A DNA stretch of 64,000 nucleotides from Candidatus Omnitrophota bacterium (GTDB taxonomy: Bacteria; Omnitrophota; Omnitrophia; Omnitrophales; Aquincolibacteriaceae), in NCBI GenBank assembly GCA_043803685.1, contig JAZDJU010000123.1:1-64000 (forward strand). The letters are read 5' to 3'. Shown piece by piece: positions 40,036 to 50,600 of this stretch (position 1 is its first letter; every line of letters starts with the position of its first letter). Both the position numbers and the translations under genes were made by a program. The notes below the pieces were generated by a model. That model searched no databases. It was not told where the DNA came from and saw nothing but the letters and a program-made list of their open reading frames with translations.

Positions 40036-41181
40036 TCAGCTCTGCACTCTGGCCGCAAGTCCTTCGTCGAGCAAGGATTGGTTTACATAAACAAAATCAG
40101 ACTGCGGACTGCTGACTTCAGACTGGCTGTGGTCTGCGGTCTGAGGTCTACAGTCTATAAAGACATCGGCGAGATAGCGGTCGTACTTGTCGGACTTGAC
40201 GGTACGGACAAGAACCGGAGAAGCAGAGAGGCCAGAGGCAAGGTACAGAGATTTTTCTTGTTTCTCTGCTTCTGTGCTTCTTAGCATCTTCTCAAGAAAC
40301 GCCTTAGCCTCTTTCCCCTCGGCGCTTTGGATCTCCGGAGCGTCCAGCCCGCGCAGGCGTAATTTCTGGACGATCGTGAATCCGAATCCGAGCGGGATCG
40401 AGACCTTGAGCGTATCGCCGTCGATCACTTGCACAACATCGGCCCGATAAGTGTAAAGCACTTCCACGCCCAGCTTGGATTTTTTCAGCTTTCCTTTTTC
40501 TAGCATCACAATATCGCCTTCCCGGAATTTGTATTTTTTATCCGGCCTGAAATAGCAGGAAAATCCGAGGTCCAGTACGAGCTCGCCCTTGTGCTCCCCG
40601 ACCGTGGCTTTGAGAACGCGGTACGTCCCCGGAATTCCCGGCTTGGCTTCAAGCGGAGCCTCGACCGGAAGACCGGCGGCATCTCCGGCTTTCAGTTTTT
40701 TGATCTCCTGACGCATTTCCTTGACCGTCCACTTCTCTTTGGCCGCACGCTCCGTAAGGACGTTCCGCGCCTCAGCTTCATTGACACCCAGAAGATCCCG
40801 GTACTGCGCCCAACTCAATTCGCCCGATGTCGGTCGAATCGGATAGGCCCGCGCGAATTGGAGCGTGTACCGGAGTTCCGTCACGCTGGAACCGAGGTCC
40901 GCCGCCAACCTTTCTAAAACCTGTTCCCCGTAATCCGCACGCTCTTTGAATTGAAGCACATGTTCGTCGATCAACTTGCCGGTCTCCCACGCCTCGCGGA
41001 CCTTCTCCTGACGCACGGCCTGCTCGACCCGTTCCCGGCTTTCGGTCCGGACCTCGCGGATCGCGTGCACCAATTGATCATAAGTTCCAACTTGGGCGGG
41101 AGCCGCGGTAGCCAGGGTGGAAAGCTGAAGGAATAAAAAAGCGGCAAACGTGAAGGGCCTGACTGCGTGGCGGATCAGCAT
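40036..41181 (-). CDS. DUF1016/YhcG N-terminal domain fused to a thermonuclease (SNase) domain, with putative signal peptide
   Basis: WETGK.I..YG..VL..LA.DL..QFA..YP..LSW..Y..LL..W (YhcG-N), then VIDGDT, RLRGLDAPE, DKYDRYLA and N..LL.EGLA (SNase). Confidence 0.85.
   Translation of the reverse strand: MLIRHAVRPFTFAAFLFLQLSTLATAAPAQVGTYDQLVHAIREVRTESRERVEQAVRQEKVREAWETGKLIDEHVLQFKERADYGEQVLERLAADLGSSVTELRYTLQFARAYPIRPTSGELSWAQYRDLLGVNEAEARNVLTERAAKEKWTVKEMRQEIKKLKAGDAAGLPVEAPLEAKPGIPGTYRVLKATVGEHKGELVLDLGFSCYFRPDKKYKFREGDIVMLEKGKLKKSKLGVEVLYTYRADVVQVIDGDTLKVSIPLGFGFTIVQKLRLRGLDAPEIQSAEGKEAKAFLEKMLRSTEAEKQEKSLYLASGLSASPVLVRTVKSDKYDRYLADVFIDCRPQTADHSQSEVSSPQSDFVYVNQSLLDEGLAARVQS
40099..40156. 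repeat. inverted heptamer-repeat hairpin, in-frame inside the SNase domain
   Basis: AGACTGC GGACTGC TGACTTC AGACTG / TGTGGTC TGCGGTC TGAGGTC TACAGTCT. Confidence 0.7.
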
Positions 41182-41224
41182 AAAAGAGTCTCCGGATTTT
41201 CGCCGCTCGTGAAAGTATTTATAC

Positions 41225-41989
41225 TCATTCCCGGACATGAAAGGAAGGGAAAAGCGATTGGAGCGTTGAACGAAGATTGGCAGAAATACCGGCTCCGGGA
41301 ACGGCGCTTTCGCGGAGTTCCTTGTCGGGACAATGGCCGGAGCGAAAAGACTGGATCACATAATTTTTGACGCCGAGGGCCGAAAGCTCGCCTGCCATTT
41401 CCAGAATATCAGGCTCCGAAAGAAGTTCGGGATGAAAGGTGGTACGAAATTCACAGGCCACACCGCTCGCGAGCAACTGAGCCACGCTCCGGCGAGCAAC
41501 TTCCCCGCTCTGTGGGATCCGCGTCACTTTTTCGTAGAGCCGGAACGGGGCCTTGATATCGAAACCGACCCAACTGCAAAGCGGCAGAACTTCCGCGAGA
41601 CGTCCGGGAAACATACCGCCGCTATGAAGGCCGATCTCAAAACCCATGTCCCTGACCGCTTTCATCCAGACCGGCAAACGTTCGTGAACGGTCGGCTCCC
41701 CGCCGGAGAACACGATCCCGTCAAGCTGGCCCTTCCGGGAATCAAGGAATTGAAGGATCTTTTCTTGGGAGATGAGCTGCCCCGCCGGGGGCATAGACCA
41801 GAACTCGGCATTGTAGCAATAGCGGCATCGCCACGGACATCCCTGAAGATAAAAAACCCCGGCCAGACGGCCGGGGAAATCTATCGTCGTAAAGGGCGTG
41901 ATGCCCGCGACGCAAATATCACTTAAACTTCCTTGATCAGCAGCAACCACACCCGGCTTCTTTGGGTTCGGCGAAGTTTTTCCGTTCAT
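41225..41989 (-). CDS. nrdG: anaerobic ribonucleotide reductase activating enzyme
   Basis: TTIDFPG, GCPWRCRYCYN, SGGEPT, DIKA and EFRTT. Start is ATG 41989 or GTG 41950. Confidence 0.92.
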   Translation of the reverse strand: MNGKTSPNPKKPGVVAADQGSLSDICVAGITPFTTIDFPGRLAGVFYLQGCPWRCRYCYNAEFWSMPPAGQLISQEKILQFLDSRKGQLDGIVFSGGEPTVHERLPVWMKAVRDMGFEIGLHSGGMFPGRLAEVLPLCSWVGFDIKAPFRLYEKVTRIPQSGEVARRSVAQLLASGVACEFRTTFHPELLSEPDILEMAGELSALGVKNYVIQSFRSGHCPDKELRESAVPGAGISANLRSTLQSLFPSFHVRE

Positions 41990-42110
41990 AGAATTCGCCT
42001 TTTTTCCCGACGTTAAAGCCTGCAACCGGGCGGTGGTATCCCATCACACGTGTCCAAACCTCGCAGCGCGTGCGTTCTTCGTCTTTCAATACGACTTGGT
42101 CCTGGGTCAT
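41937..42110 (-). CDS. 57-aa NrdD C-terminal glycyl-radical peptide (not in the ORF track)
   Basis: MTQDQVVLKDEERTRCEVWTRVMGYHRPVAGFNVGKKGEFYERKNFAEPKEAGCGCC*; RBS GAGGAGG; RVMGY motif. Confidence 0.88.
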   Translation of the reverse strand: MTQDQVVLKDEERTRCEVWTRVMGYHRPVAGFNVGKKGEFYERKNFAEPKEAGCGCC

Positions 42111-42127
42111 AAGTGCCTCCTCTTGTA

Positions 42128-44194
42128 TTAGACTTTCGCTTCGGTAGCCGCCGCGGCAGACTCGGTTCCCGCGGCGTCCTGACTCTGAAGTATTTTCTGG
42201 TTAATAAGTTCCTGATCACACTTGGTACAAAATTCGTGCTCGCCGGCAAGATAACCGTGCGTCGGACAGATCGAGAAGGTCGGCGTGATCGTGATGTAAG
42301 GGATCCGGTAACCCTCGAGCGCCCGTTTGACGAGTCGTTTGCACGCTTCCGCGCTGGACATACGTTCTCCCATGTAAAGATGAAGCACGGTCCCTCCGGT
42401 ATAGCGGCGTTGCAACGCTTCCTGGCGGCCCAACGCCTCGAACGGATCGTCCGTAAACGTCGCAGGCAACTGGGAGGAATTCGTGTAATAAGGCCGCTCG
42501 TCCGTACCCGCGTGGAGAATATCGGGAAAACGTTTGATGTCCTCTCTCGCGAAACGGTAAGTGGCACCCTCCGCAGGCGTCGCCTCAAGATTATAGAGAT
42601 GGCCCGTTTCCTCCTGGATCTCCACGATACGCTTCCGGATATGGTCGAGCGTCCGGAGAGCAAGATCAAAACCCGCCTCGGTCGTGATGTTCTCTTTTCC
42701 GTTCGTGAAGTTACGAATACATTCGTTGATCCCGTTGACGCCGATCGTCGAGAAGTGACTTCGCAGAGTCCCGAGATAGCGTTTGGTGTACGGAAAAAGT
42801 CCGGCATCCATATGCCGCTGAATGATCTTCCGTTTAAGTTCGAGGCTTGTCTTCGCGATCTGAAGGAGAGTGTCGATCCGGTTAAAGAACGCCGACTCGT
42901 CCCCTTTCGAGAGATAACCGATCCTGGCGCAATTCAGAGTTACGACACCGAGTGACCCCGTCTGTTCGGCGGAGCCGAAAAGCCCGTTCCCGCGCTTGAG
43001 AAGCTCGCGCAGATCGAGTTGCAGACGACAGCACATCGAACGAATCTGGTTGGGTTTCAGGTCGGAATTGAGGAAGTTCTGGAAATACGGAAGTCCGTAC
43101 TTGGCGGTCATCTCGAAAAGCGGCACGCAGTTCGGATGGTCCCAGTTGAAATCCGGCGTGATATTGTAGGTCGGGATCGGAAACGTAAAGACGCGGCCTT
43201 TGGCGTCGCCTCTCATCATGACTTCGATGTAAGCTTTATTGATCATCGCCATTTCCTCGCCGAGGTCGCCGTAGACAAAATCAACTTCCTTACCGCCGAT
43301 CACCGGATGCTCGTTCTTGAGATCGTCAGGACAGACCCAGTCGAAAGTCACGTTCGTGAAAGGCGTCTGCGTCCCCCACCGGGACGGAACATTCAAGTTA
43401 TAGATGAACTCCTGAATGCTCTGCTTCACTTCTTCATAAGGAAGCTTGTCGACGCGGATGAAAGGAGCCAGATAGGTGTCGAAGGAAGAGAACGCCTGAG
43501 CGCCCGCCCATTCGTTCTGAAGCGTGCCGAGAAAATTAACCATCTGCCCGACCGCGGAGCTCAGATGTTTTGGCGGCGCGGATTCCACTTTGTCCGGAAC
43601 TCCGTTAAAACCTTCGCGAATGAGCGTCTTCAGGGACCAACCGGCGCAATAGCCGGAAAGCATATCGAGATCGTGGATGTGGATGTCGCCATGCCGGTGG
43701 GCATTGGACACTTCCTCGGGATAAACATGAGAAAGCCAGTAGTTGGCGATGACCTTCCCGGAAATGTTGAGGATCATACCGCCAAGGGAATAGCCCTGAT
43801 TCGCGTTCGCGTTCACGCGCCAGTCCAGCTTGTAAAGGTATTCGTTGACCGAGGAAGTGACGTCCACCACGGTCTTCTTGTCCCGGCGTAATTTCTTATG
43901 TTGTTCGCGGTAGACGATGTAGGAGCGGGCGGTCTTGAGATGGTTGGAGGAGATGAGCACCTGCTCGACAATGTCCTGGATCTTTTCGATGTCGAGGAAA
44001 CCTGGAGAGTAGCGGTTATCAATAACTTTTATAACTTCCAAAGTTAGAATTTGAGCTTCCGCGCCATCATATTCCCCTGTCGCCTGCCCCGCCTTCACGA
44101 TCGCGTTGTAGATCTTAGTGCCATCGAAAGGAACGATGGAACCATCACGCTTGCGGATGCTAGTGATCTTCTTTGAAAGGAATTGATCGGCCAT
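42128..44194 (-). CDS. nrdD: class III (anaerobic) ribonucleoside-triphosphate reductase with ATP cone, lacking the terminal RxxGY motif
   Basis: KRDG..FD..KI ATP cone, HIHDL, GYCAGW, FTFPIPTY, RSMCCRL, EATPAEG, TGGT and CPTHG..CTKC. Confidence 0.96.
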   Translation of the reverse strand: MADQFLSKKITSIRKRDGSIVPFDGTKIYNAIVKAGQATGEYDGAEAQILTLEVIKVIDNRYSPGFLDIEKIQDIVEQVLISSNHLKTARSYIVYREQHKKLRRDKKTVVDVTSSVNEYLYKLDWRVNANANQGYSLGGMILNISGKVIANYWLSHVYPEEVSNAHRHGDIHIHDLDMLSGYCAGWSLKTLIREGFNGVPDKVESAPPKHLSSAVGQMVNFLGTLQNEWAGAQAFSSFDTYLAPFIRVDKLPYEEVKQSIQEFIYNLNVPSRWGTQTPFTNVTFDWVCPDDLKNEHPVIGGKEVDFVYGDLGEEMAMINKAYIEVMMRGDAKGRVFTFPIPTYNITPDFNWDHPNCVPLFEMTAKYGLPYFQNFLNSDLKPNQIRSMCCRLQLDLRELLKRGNGLFGSAEQTGSLGVVTLNCARIGYLSKGDESAFFNRIDTLLQIAKTSLELKRKIIQRHMDAGLFPYTKRYLGTLRSHFSTIGVNGINECIRNFTNGKENITTEAGFDLALRTLDHIRKRIVEIQEETGHLYNLEATPAEGATYRFAREDIKRFPDILHAGTDERPYYTNSSQLPATFTDDPFEALGRQEALQRRYTGGTVLHLYMGERMSSAEACKRLVKRALEGYRIPYITITPTFSICPTHGYLAGEHEFCTKCDQELINQKILQSQDAAGTESAAAATEAKV

Positions 44195-44232
44195 AGAGTC
44201 TCCCTTTATTTGCTTTTCATATATCGGCACTC

Positions 44233-44280
44233 TGTCAACATATTGTAGTCTTTTTTCATCACGCCCCCCACCTGTAGTGC
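44233..44280. promoter_or_regulatory. tandem NrdR boxes
   Basis: Cores CAACATATTG (44236) and CCACCTGTAG (44268), 32 bp apart, just upstream of nrdD; fit the acaCwAtATaTwGtg consensus, the second one weakly. Confidence 0.7.
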
Positions 44281-44593
44281 GATAGGCGGTCAGAAGGCTG
44301 AAAAAGATTGGCCATTTGATTTAAGATCGGGTCAGAAACAACTTCTCGCGTGCGGCGCAAAAAAAATTCAGCGCCCAAAAAGATCCTCCGCTTTCACTCA
44401 TGAAGGCAATGTTTTTCAAAACAAAGCGGATCACCGTCGCAAAAAAAACAGCGATCACGACAGCACGGATAATATTCGCATCACAAAAAAGTTTCAAGAA
44501 ATAATTATGGTTTTTTTCCGGAGAACTTTGAGGCGGGAATATTTTTTCTAAAAAAGTGCTTGAAAATCCAGGATCTCTGTGAAAAAAAACGGG

Positions 44594-45307
44594 TCAGCAG
44601 GTCCCGGACGCTTTATCACGGATCATTTCGATCAAAAGTTTTGCGATCTCCCCGATCGGAACGCGCTCCGTATTCCAAACCATATCGTAAAGAAGCGGGT
44701 CGCGGATGTCCTTATGAAAAAAAGTTTTTACGAGCTCGGCCTTCGCCTTATCTTTTTCATCGATCGTTTCACGCGCCGCTTTTTCAGACAGGCCGAACGC
44801 GCTCATCATCCGTTTCACCCGCGATTCCATCGGCGCCTCGAGCCGGACATGGATGCCAAGAGGGAGATCGCGTGTTAAAAAGGAGCATCCCCGTCCCACC
44901 AGGATCACTTTTCCGTGAATGGCAAAAGTCCGCATCAACTGGAACATCTTTTTAACCACAAGGTCCTGCGATGCGGTCCCGTGAATAAACTGGGTCAGAA
45001 TGTCCTCCGCGTGGGAATGATATTCGGTCCGACGGAGAGACTCGACCAGGTCCTTGAGCTTGGGGTCCTGGGCGATCGTGTGGCAGAGCTCCTGATCGCA
45101 AAACTGCCAGTCCCGGAATAGAGGCTCCCCGTGAAGGGCTTGTATCTTTTCGGAAAGAAGCGTGGCGAGTACCTGCCCGCCAGCTCCGGCCTGCCGGGAA
45201 ATAGCGACGAAAGGAAAGCGACCTTTTTGAGGATCGATCTCAGGACCGTTCTTTTCGTGGTAATGAAGACTGTCGATGAATGACGCCAGTTTTTGGATCT
45301 CGGTCAT
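44594..45307 (-). CDS. cytidylate kinase-like family protein
   Basis: ISRQAGAGG, GKVILVGRG, HVRLEAP..RV and DPLLYD; RBS GGAGG. Confidence 0.85.
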   Translation of the reverse strand: MTEIQKLASFIDSLHYHEKNGPEIDPQKGRFPFVAISRQAGAGGQVLATLLSEKIQALHGEPLFRDWQFCDQELCHTIAQDPKLKDLVESLRRTEYHSHAEDILTQFIHGTASQDLVVKKMFQLMRTFAIHGKVILVGRGCSFLTRDLPLGIHVRLEAPMESRVKRMMSAFGLSEKAARETIDEKDKAKAELVKTFFHKDIRDPLLYDMVWNTERVPIGEIAKLLIEMIRDKASGTC

Positions 45308-45325
45308 AAGTCCTCCTGAATTCAT

Positions 45326-45482
45326 GTCATCCCCGAATGCTTTACTCGGCACTGGCTCTCATTAAAACTTTTATTGAAAGCGAGTGCCGCACTAAACTTC
45401 CTATATGCTTCATAGGTTGTTCAGTGCGGGGACCCAGCATACCGCTCTTTATGGATCCCCGCTTCGAACTTACGGGGATGAC
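45326..45482. repeat. REP-like palindromic element with nested hairpin modules
   Basis: GTCATCCCCG at the left end and CGGGGATGAC at the right end; internal GGCACT..AGTGCC and GCACT..CAGTGC hairpins. Confidence 0.75.
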
Positions 45483-45503
45483 GCCCTTAAAGAAACACGG
45501 GCG

Positions 45504-47648
45504 TCACTTCAAAATAATACGCGCGTCGATGACGCCGGCGCCCTTCCCCTCACCATAGACCATGAGCGGGTTAATATCGATCTCGTCAATCTCCGGATGG
45601 TCACAAGAAAGCTGGGACAAGCGCTTTAGACAATCGGCGATCGCCTCCAGATCCGCGGGAGGTTCGCCTCGCACGCCTTCGAGCAGCTTGAACGCGCGGA
45701 TGTTCCTCAACATATCGTGAGCGCTCAGTTCCCGGATCGGCGCCACGCGGAATGTCACGTCCTTCAGCGCTTCAACATAAATACCACCCAGACCGAACAT
45801 CAGGATCGGCCCGAAATGAGGATCGCGTTTCATACCGAGAATAACTTCTCGTCCCTTGGGCGCCATGCGTTGCATGAACACGCCGTCGATCTTGGCCTTG
45901 AGCCGTTCGCCCACCGCCATAATGTCCCGGAAAGCGTGCTGAACATCATCCGCGGAATTCAAGTTGAGACGGACACCGCCCACGTCGACCTTGTGGATGA
46001 TCTGCTGAGAAACAACTTTCATGACGACCGGAAATCCGATCTTTACGGCCTGCTCCCAGGCGTCTTCAGCAGTCCGGACAAATGCCCACGGGATTACCGG
46101 AAACTCGTAAGCGCTGAAGATCTCCATCGATTGATGAATGGGAAGAAATTTCTGATTGTCTTTCAAGGCTTTTTCAATGACCGCGTCCGCGGATTGACGA
46201 TCCACCTGGTAATGCTTCACCCCGGTCCGGGAACGACCTAGCCACTGTTGGTACTTGTTCATGGCCGCCAACGTGCGCGCCGAATCTTCCGGGAAAGAAC
46301 ATTGAGGGATCATGTTCTCTTTAAGGACTTTGACTCCGGCCTCGACGTCGGCGTGTCCCATAAAACAAGCCACGATCGTCTTATGAGACTCCTTGTCTAC
46401 GTCGACGATCACCTTGGCCGTCGCTTCGGCCTCGGTCATCGCCTGGGGCGTCAAAAGCACCATCACGCCATCCACGTTCGGCTCCGCGATCACAGAGCGG
46501 AGCGCGTGCTCGTAGCGATCGTGCTGGGCATCCCCGATCACATCGACTGGATTTGAAAAATTCGAGGTGGGAGGAAGTTTTTCCTTAAGCTTCGCCACCG
46601 TCGCGGGGCTCATCTCCGCCATCTGAAGCCCGAACTTCACGCACGCGTCCGTCGCCATGATCCCAGGACCGCCCGCGTTCGTCACGATCGCCACGCGGTT
46701 CCCCTTCATCAAGGGTTGGTTCGCGAACACGATCGCAAGATTGAACATTTCCTGGGCCGATTCCATACGCATCACGCCCGACTGGGCAAATACCGCATCG
46801 TAAACTTCATCGGCGCCCATAAGAGACCCCGTGTGGGAACTCGCGGCTTTGGCGCCTTGCGCCGTGCGACCGGACTTGATCACGAGGATCGGCTTGGGTT
46901 TGGCAATGTCCCCAGTGATCTCCCGGGCGAGTTCGATGAACTCCTGCCCTTTTCCGATATCCTCAAGATACATCATGATCACGTCGGTATTCGGGTCGTC
47001 TTTCAGGTACTGAAGGATCTCAAGCTCCGTCACGTCCACCTTGTTGCCAAGGCTGATAAGTTTGGAAAGACCGATATTCTCACCGCGCGCGTAATCCAGA
47101 AGCGCCGTCGCGAGAGCACCGCTCTGCGAAATAAATGCGATATTCCCATTCTTTGGAATGTTCCCGGAAAAGCTCGCGTTCAGGCAAAGGCTCGGATCAT
47201 TATTGATAAGCCCGAGGCAATTGGGCCCCAGCATGGCAATGCCGTACTTATCCGCGATACTCTTGATCGCCTTTTCAAGCTTGACCCCTTCGCCCCCGAT
47301 CTCACGAAATCCGGCCGAGATCACGATCGCGGCCTTGGCGCCTTTCAGAGCGCAGGCCTCGAGTTCCGCGGGCACCGCGGCTCCAGGGATGATAAAAATG
47401 GCGAGATCCACGTTCTCCGGAAGATCCCCAGCGTTCGGCACACACTTCACGCCAAGCACGTCTGTGGCCTTGGGGTTGACGGGAAACACTTTTCCTTTAT
47501 ACCCGCCCTCCACGAGGTTCTTCATGATTGCGTACCCCACAGCCTCAGGACGCCGGGAGGCCCCGACCACCGCGATCGCCTTGGGTTCGAAAAGGGCCTT
47601 GAGATCTTTTTTCCTGGACGCTTCCACGGTTTCTAGGCTCATGGTCAT
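45504..47648 (-). CDS. ADP-forming acetate-CoA ligase (fused alpha/beta)
   Basis: AVVGAS, GPNCLG, SQSGA, SHTG (phospho-His), NAGGPG, NPVDV, HKVDVGGV and DINPL. Confidence 0.93.
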   Translation of the reverse strand: MTMSLETVEASRKKDLKALFEPKAIAVVGASRRPEAVGYAIMKNLVEGGYKGKVFPVNPKATDVLGVKCVPNAGDLPENVDLAIFIIPGAAVPAELEACALKGAKAAIVISAGFREIGGEGVKLEKAIKSIADKYGIAMLGPNCLGLINNDPSLCLNASFSGNIPKNGNIAFISQSGALATALLDYARGENIGLSKLISLGNKVDVTELEILQYLKDDPNTDVIMMYLEDIGKGQEFIELAREITGDIAKPKPILVIKSGRTAQGAKAASSHTGSLMGADEVYDAVFAQSGVMRMESAQEMFNLAIVFANQPLMKGNRVAIVTNAGGPGIMATDACVKFGLQMAEMSPATVAKLKEKLPPTSNFSNPVDVIGDAQHDRYEHALRSVIAEPNVDGVMVLLTPQAMTEAEATAKVIVDVDKESHKTIVACFMGHADVEAGVKVLKENMIPQCSFPEDSARTLAAMNKYQQWLGRSRTGVKHYQVDRQSADAVIEKALKDNQKFLPIHQSMEIFSAYEFPVIPWAFVRTAEDAWEQAVKIGFPVVMKVVSQQIIHKVDVGGVRLNLNSADDVQHAFRDIMAVGERLKAKIDGVFMQRMAPKGREVILGMKRDPHFGPILMFGLGGIYVEALKDVTFRVAPIRELSAHDMLRNIRAFKLLEGVRGEPPADLEAIADCLKRLSQLSCDHPEIDEIDINPLMVYGEGKGAGVIDARIILK

Positions 47649-47655
47649 ATCCTCC

Positions 47656-50600
47656 TTACGCCGCTACCGGGTTCGGAGCATCCGTCCCGGGCTTCGATTG
47701 GGCCAAATACTCGAAGCGTTTCCACCGCGCCGTAACTTCCTTTTGCGCGATCGCGTAAAGCCGCTTGGCCTCTTCAGGGTTGCTCTTCATGATCATCTTG
47801 AACCGGTTCTCCAGCATCAAATACTGCTCGAGCGGGATCGTCGGAGCCTTCGAATCGATCATGAGCGGGTTCTCCCCCTTCTCAAGACGCCGGGGATCAA
47901 AGCGATAAAGGATCCACTGCCCGGATGCCACAGCGGCTTTCTGGTCCTGCAGCCCGTTGATCATGTTGATGCCATGCGCGATGCAATGACTATAGTCGAT
48001 AATGAGCGACGGCCCGTCATAGGACTCGGCCTCCTGGATCGCCTTGAGAGTCTGCTGATCATTGGCCCCCATGGCAATGGTCGCCACATAAATGTTCCCG
48101 TACGTCATGGCGATCATCCCGAGATCTTTCTTGCCGCCAGGTTTTCCACCCATCGCGAACTTCGCGGTAGCACCGCGCGGTGTCGACTTCGACGCCTGTC
48201 CGCCCGTATTGGAATAAACCTCTGTATCGAGCACGAAAACATTTACATTTTTGCCCGATGCAAGCACATGGTCCAGGCCGCCATACCCGATGTCATAGGC
48301 CCATCCGTCACCGCCAAAGATCCAGACGCTCTTTTTGACAAGCGTATCCGCCAGGCTCAAGAGCTGGGCCGCATCGGCGTCCCCGCTAAGCCCCGCCAGT
48401 TTCTTCTTAAGCGCCGCCACGCGTTCCCGCTGATCATAGATCTCAGCCTCGGTCTGCTGCGCGGCGCCGAGGATCGGCTGAACGAGATCCGCTCCGAGCT
48501 TGTCCTGAAGCTTCACGAGAAGTTCGGAAGCATATTCCTTTTGTTTGTCGATCGCCATCCGGAATCCGAAGCCGAATTCCGCGTTGTCCTCGAAAAGCGA
48601 GTTCGACCACGCCGGCCCGCGTCCGTTGGCATCCTTGGCCCAAGGCGTCGTCGGCAGATTGCCTCCATAGATGGAAGAACAACCTGTCGCGTTCGCGATC
48701 ACGGCACGATCGCCGAAAAGCTGTGAGACGATCTTGATGTACGGTGTTTCCCCGCACCCCCCGCAAGCGCCCGAAAACTCAAAGAGCGGACGCATGGCTT
48801 GCTGCTGATTGATCATGCCGGTCTTCAGTTTCCGGCGATCATATTCGGGGATATCGAGAAAGAATTCCCATTTGGGAACTTCAACGCAACGAAGCGGGAT
48901 CTGAGGCGCCATGTTGATGGCTTTTTTCTTGGGATCCGTCTTGCTCTTGGCCGGACAGGTATCCACGCAAAGCCCGCAACCCGTGCAATCCTCGGGAGCG
49001 ACCTGGATCGTAAACTTCTGGCCCTTGAAATCCGGCATCTTCGCGTCCGCGGACTTAAATCCTTCCGGGGCTTTCTCAAGATATTTCGGATCATAGACTT
49101 TCATACGAATGACGGCGTGCGGACACACAAAGTTACACTTGCCGCACTGGATGCATATGTCCTGCTCCCATACGGGGATCTCAAGCGCGATATTACGCTT
49201 TTCATATTGTGTCGTCGCGGTCGGGAACGTGCCGTCCACCGGCATCGCGCTCACGGGGATCGAATCGCCGCGGCCTTCGATGATCGCGCCCAGAACAGTC
49301 TTCACGAACGCCGGGGCGTTTGCCGTCACAGGGGCCAATCTCTTGAGTTTGCTATCCACAACCGCGGGAACCTTGACCTCATGGAGATGCGCAAGCGTCG
49401 TGTCCACAGCTTGAAGGTTCTGCTGAACCACATCCTCGCCCTTCTTGCCATAGGTCTTCTTGATGGATTTCTTGATCTCGTCGATCGCCTGCTCACGCGG
49501 CAACACGCCGGAGATCGCGAAAAAGCAGACCTGCATGATCGTATTGATCCTCATGCCCATACCACTTTCCGCGGCAACCTTGTAGGCATCGATCACATGG
49601 AACTTCAGTTTCTTTTCAAGGATCTGTTTCTGAACTTCGATCGGCAGGTTCGGCCAAACTTCCTCGGAGCTCCAGGGAGCGTTCAAAAGGAACGTGCCTC
49701 CGGGCACGATGTTACGAAGCATGTCGTACTTTTCAAGAAAAACGGTCTGGTGACACGCCACAAAATGCGCCTTACTAATAAGGTAGGGCGAATGGATGGG
49801 CTCAGGGCCGAAACGAAGATGCGACACCGTGATCGCGCCGGATTTCTTGGAGTCATAGACAAAATACCCCTGGGCGTAATTCTCCGTGTTCTCGCCGATG
49901 ATCTTGATGGAATTCTTGTTCGCGCCCACCGTTCCGTCCGCGCCTAACCCATAGAAAAGAGCGCGCACGACCTTGTCGGATTCAATGGAATACTCAGGAT
50001 CAAAAGGAAGGCTTGCCTGAGTGACATCGTCATTAATACCGACCGTAAAACCGTGTTTGGTCTTACCCGAGGCGAAGAAATCAAAGATCCCCTTCACCAT
50101 CGCCGGCGTGAATTCCTTGGAGGAAAGACCGTAGCGACCCCCGTAAATCTTGGGCGCCTGCGTGAACTTCGACCAGCCGTTCTGAGAAGCTTCCTGGAGT
50201 GCGGCCACGCAATCGAGATAAAGCGGCTCGCCGATCGCTCCCGGCTCTTTGGTACGGTCAAGCACGATCAGATTTTTTGTGGTTTGCGGCAAGAGACTTA
50301 CGAAACGTTTCACATCGAACGGACGATAAAGAGAAACTTTGAGACAGCCGACCTTCGCGCCTTTGGCGGTGAGGGCCTTCACGGTCTCCGCGGCCACTTC
50401 CACGCCGGACCCCATGATCACGATGACCTGCTCCGCGTCCTTGGCGCCAAGGTACTCGAAAAGCTGATACTTCCGTCCGGTGATACTTGCGAACTTGTCC
50501 ATCGCCTGCTGAACCATGTCCGGGCACGCGGTGTAGAACTTGTTGACCGTTTCACGGCCCTGGAAATAAACGTCCGGATTCTGCGCGGTGCCGCGAAGCA

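Noticed and set aside
42128..44194. Intein or intron in nrdD
   Set aside because: Normal length and continuous motifs; no splicing or homing-endonuclease signatures.
47158..48726. Long plus-strand ORFs (also 7700-9559, 43019-43891, 48799-49947)
   Set aside because: Antisense shadows of well-supported genes, with no recognisable motifs.
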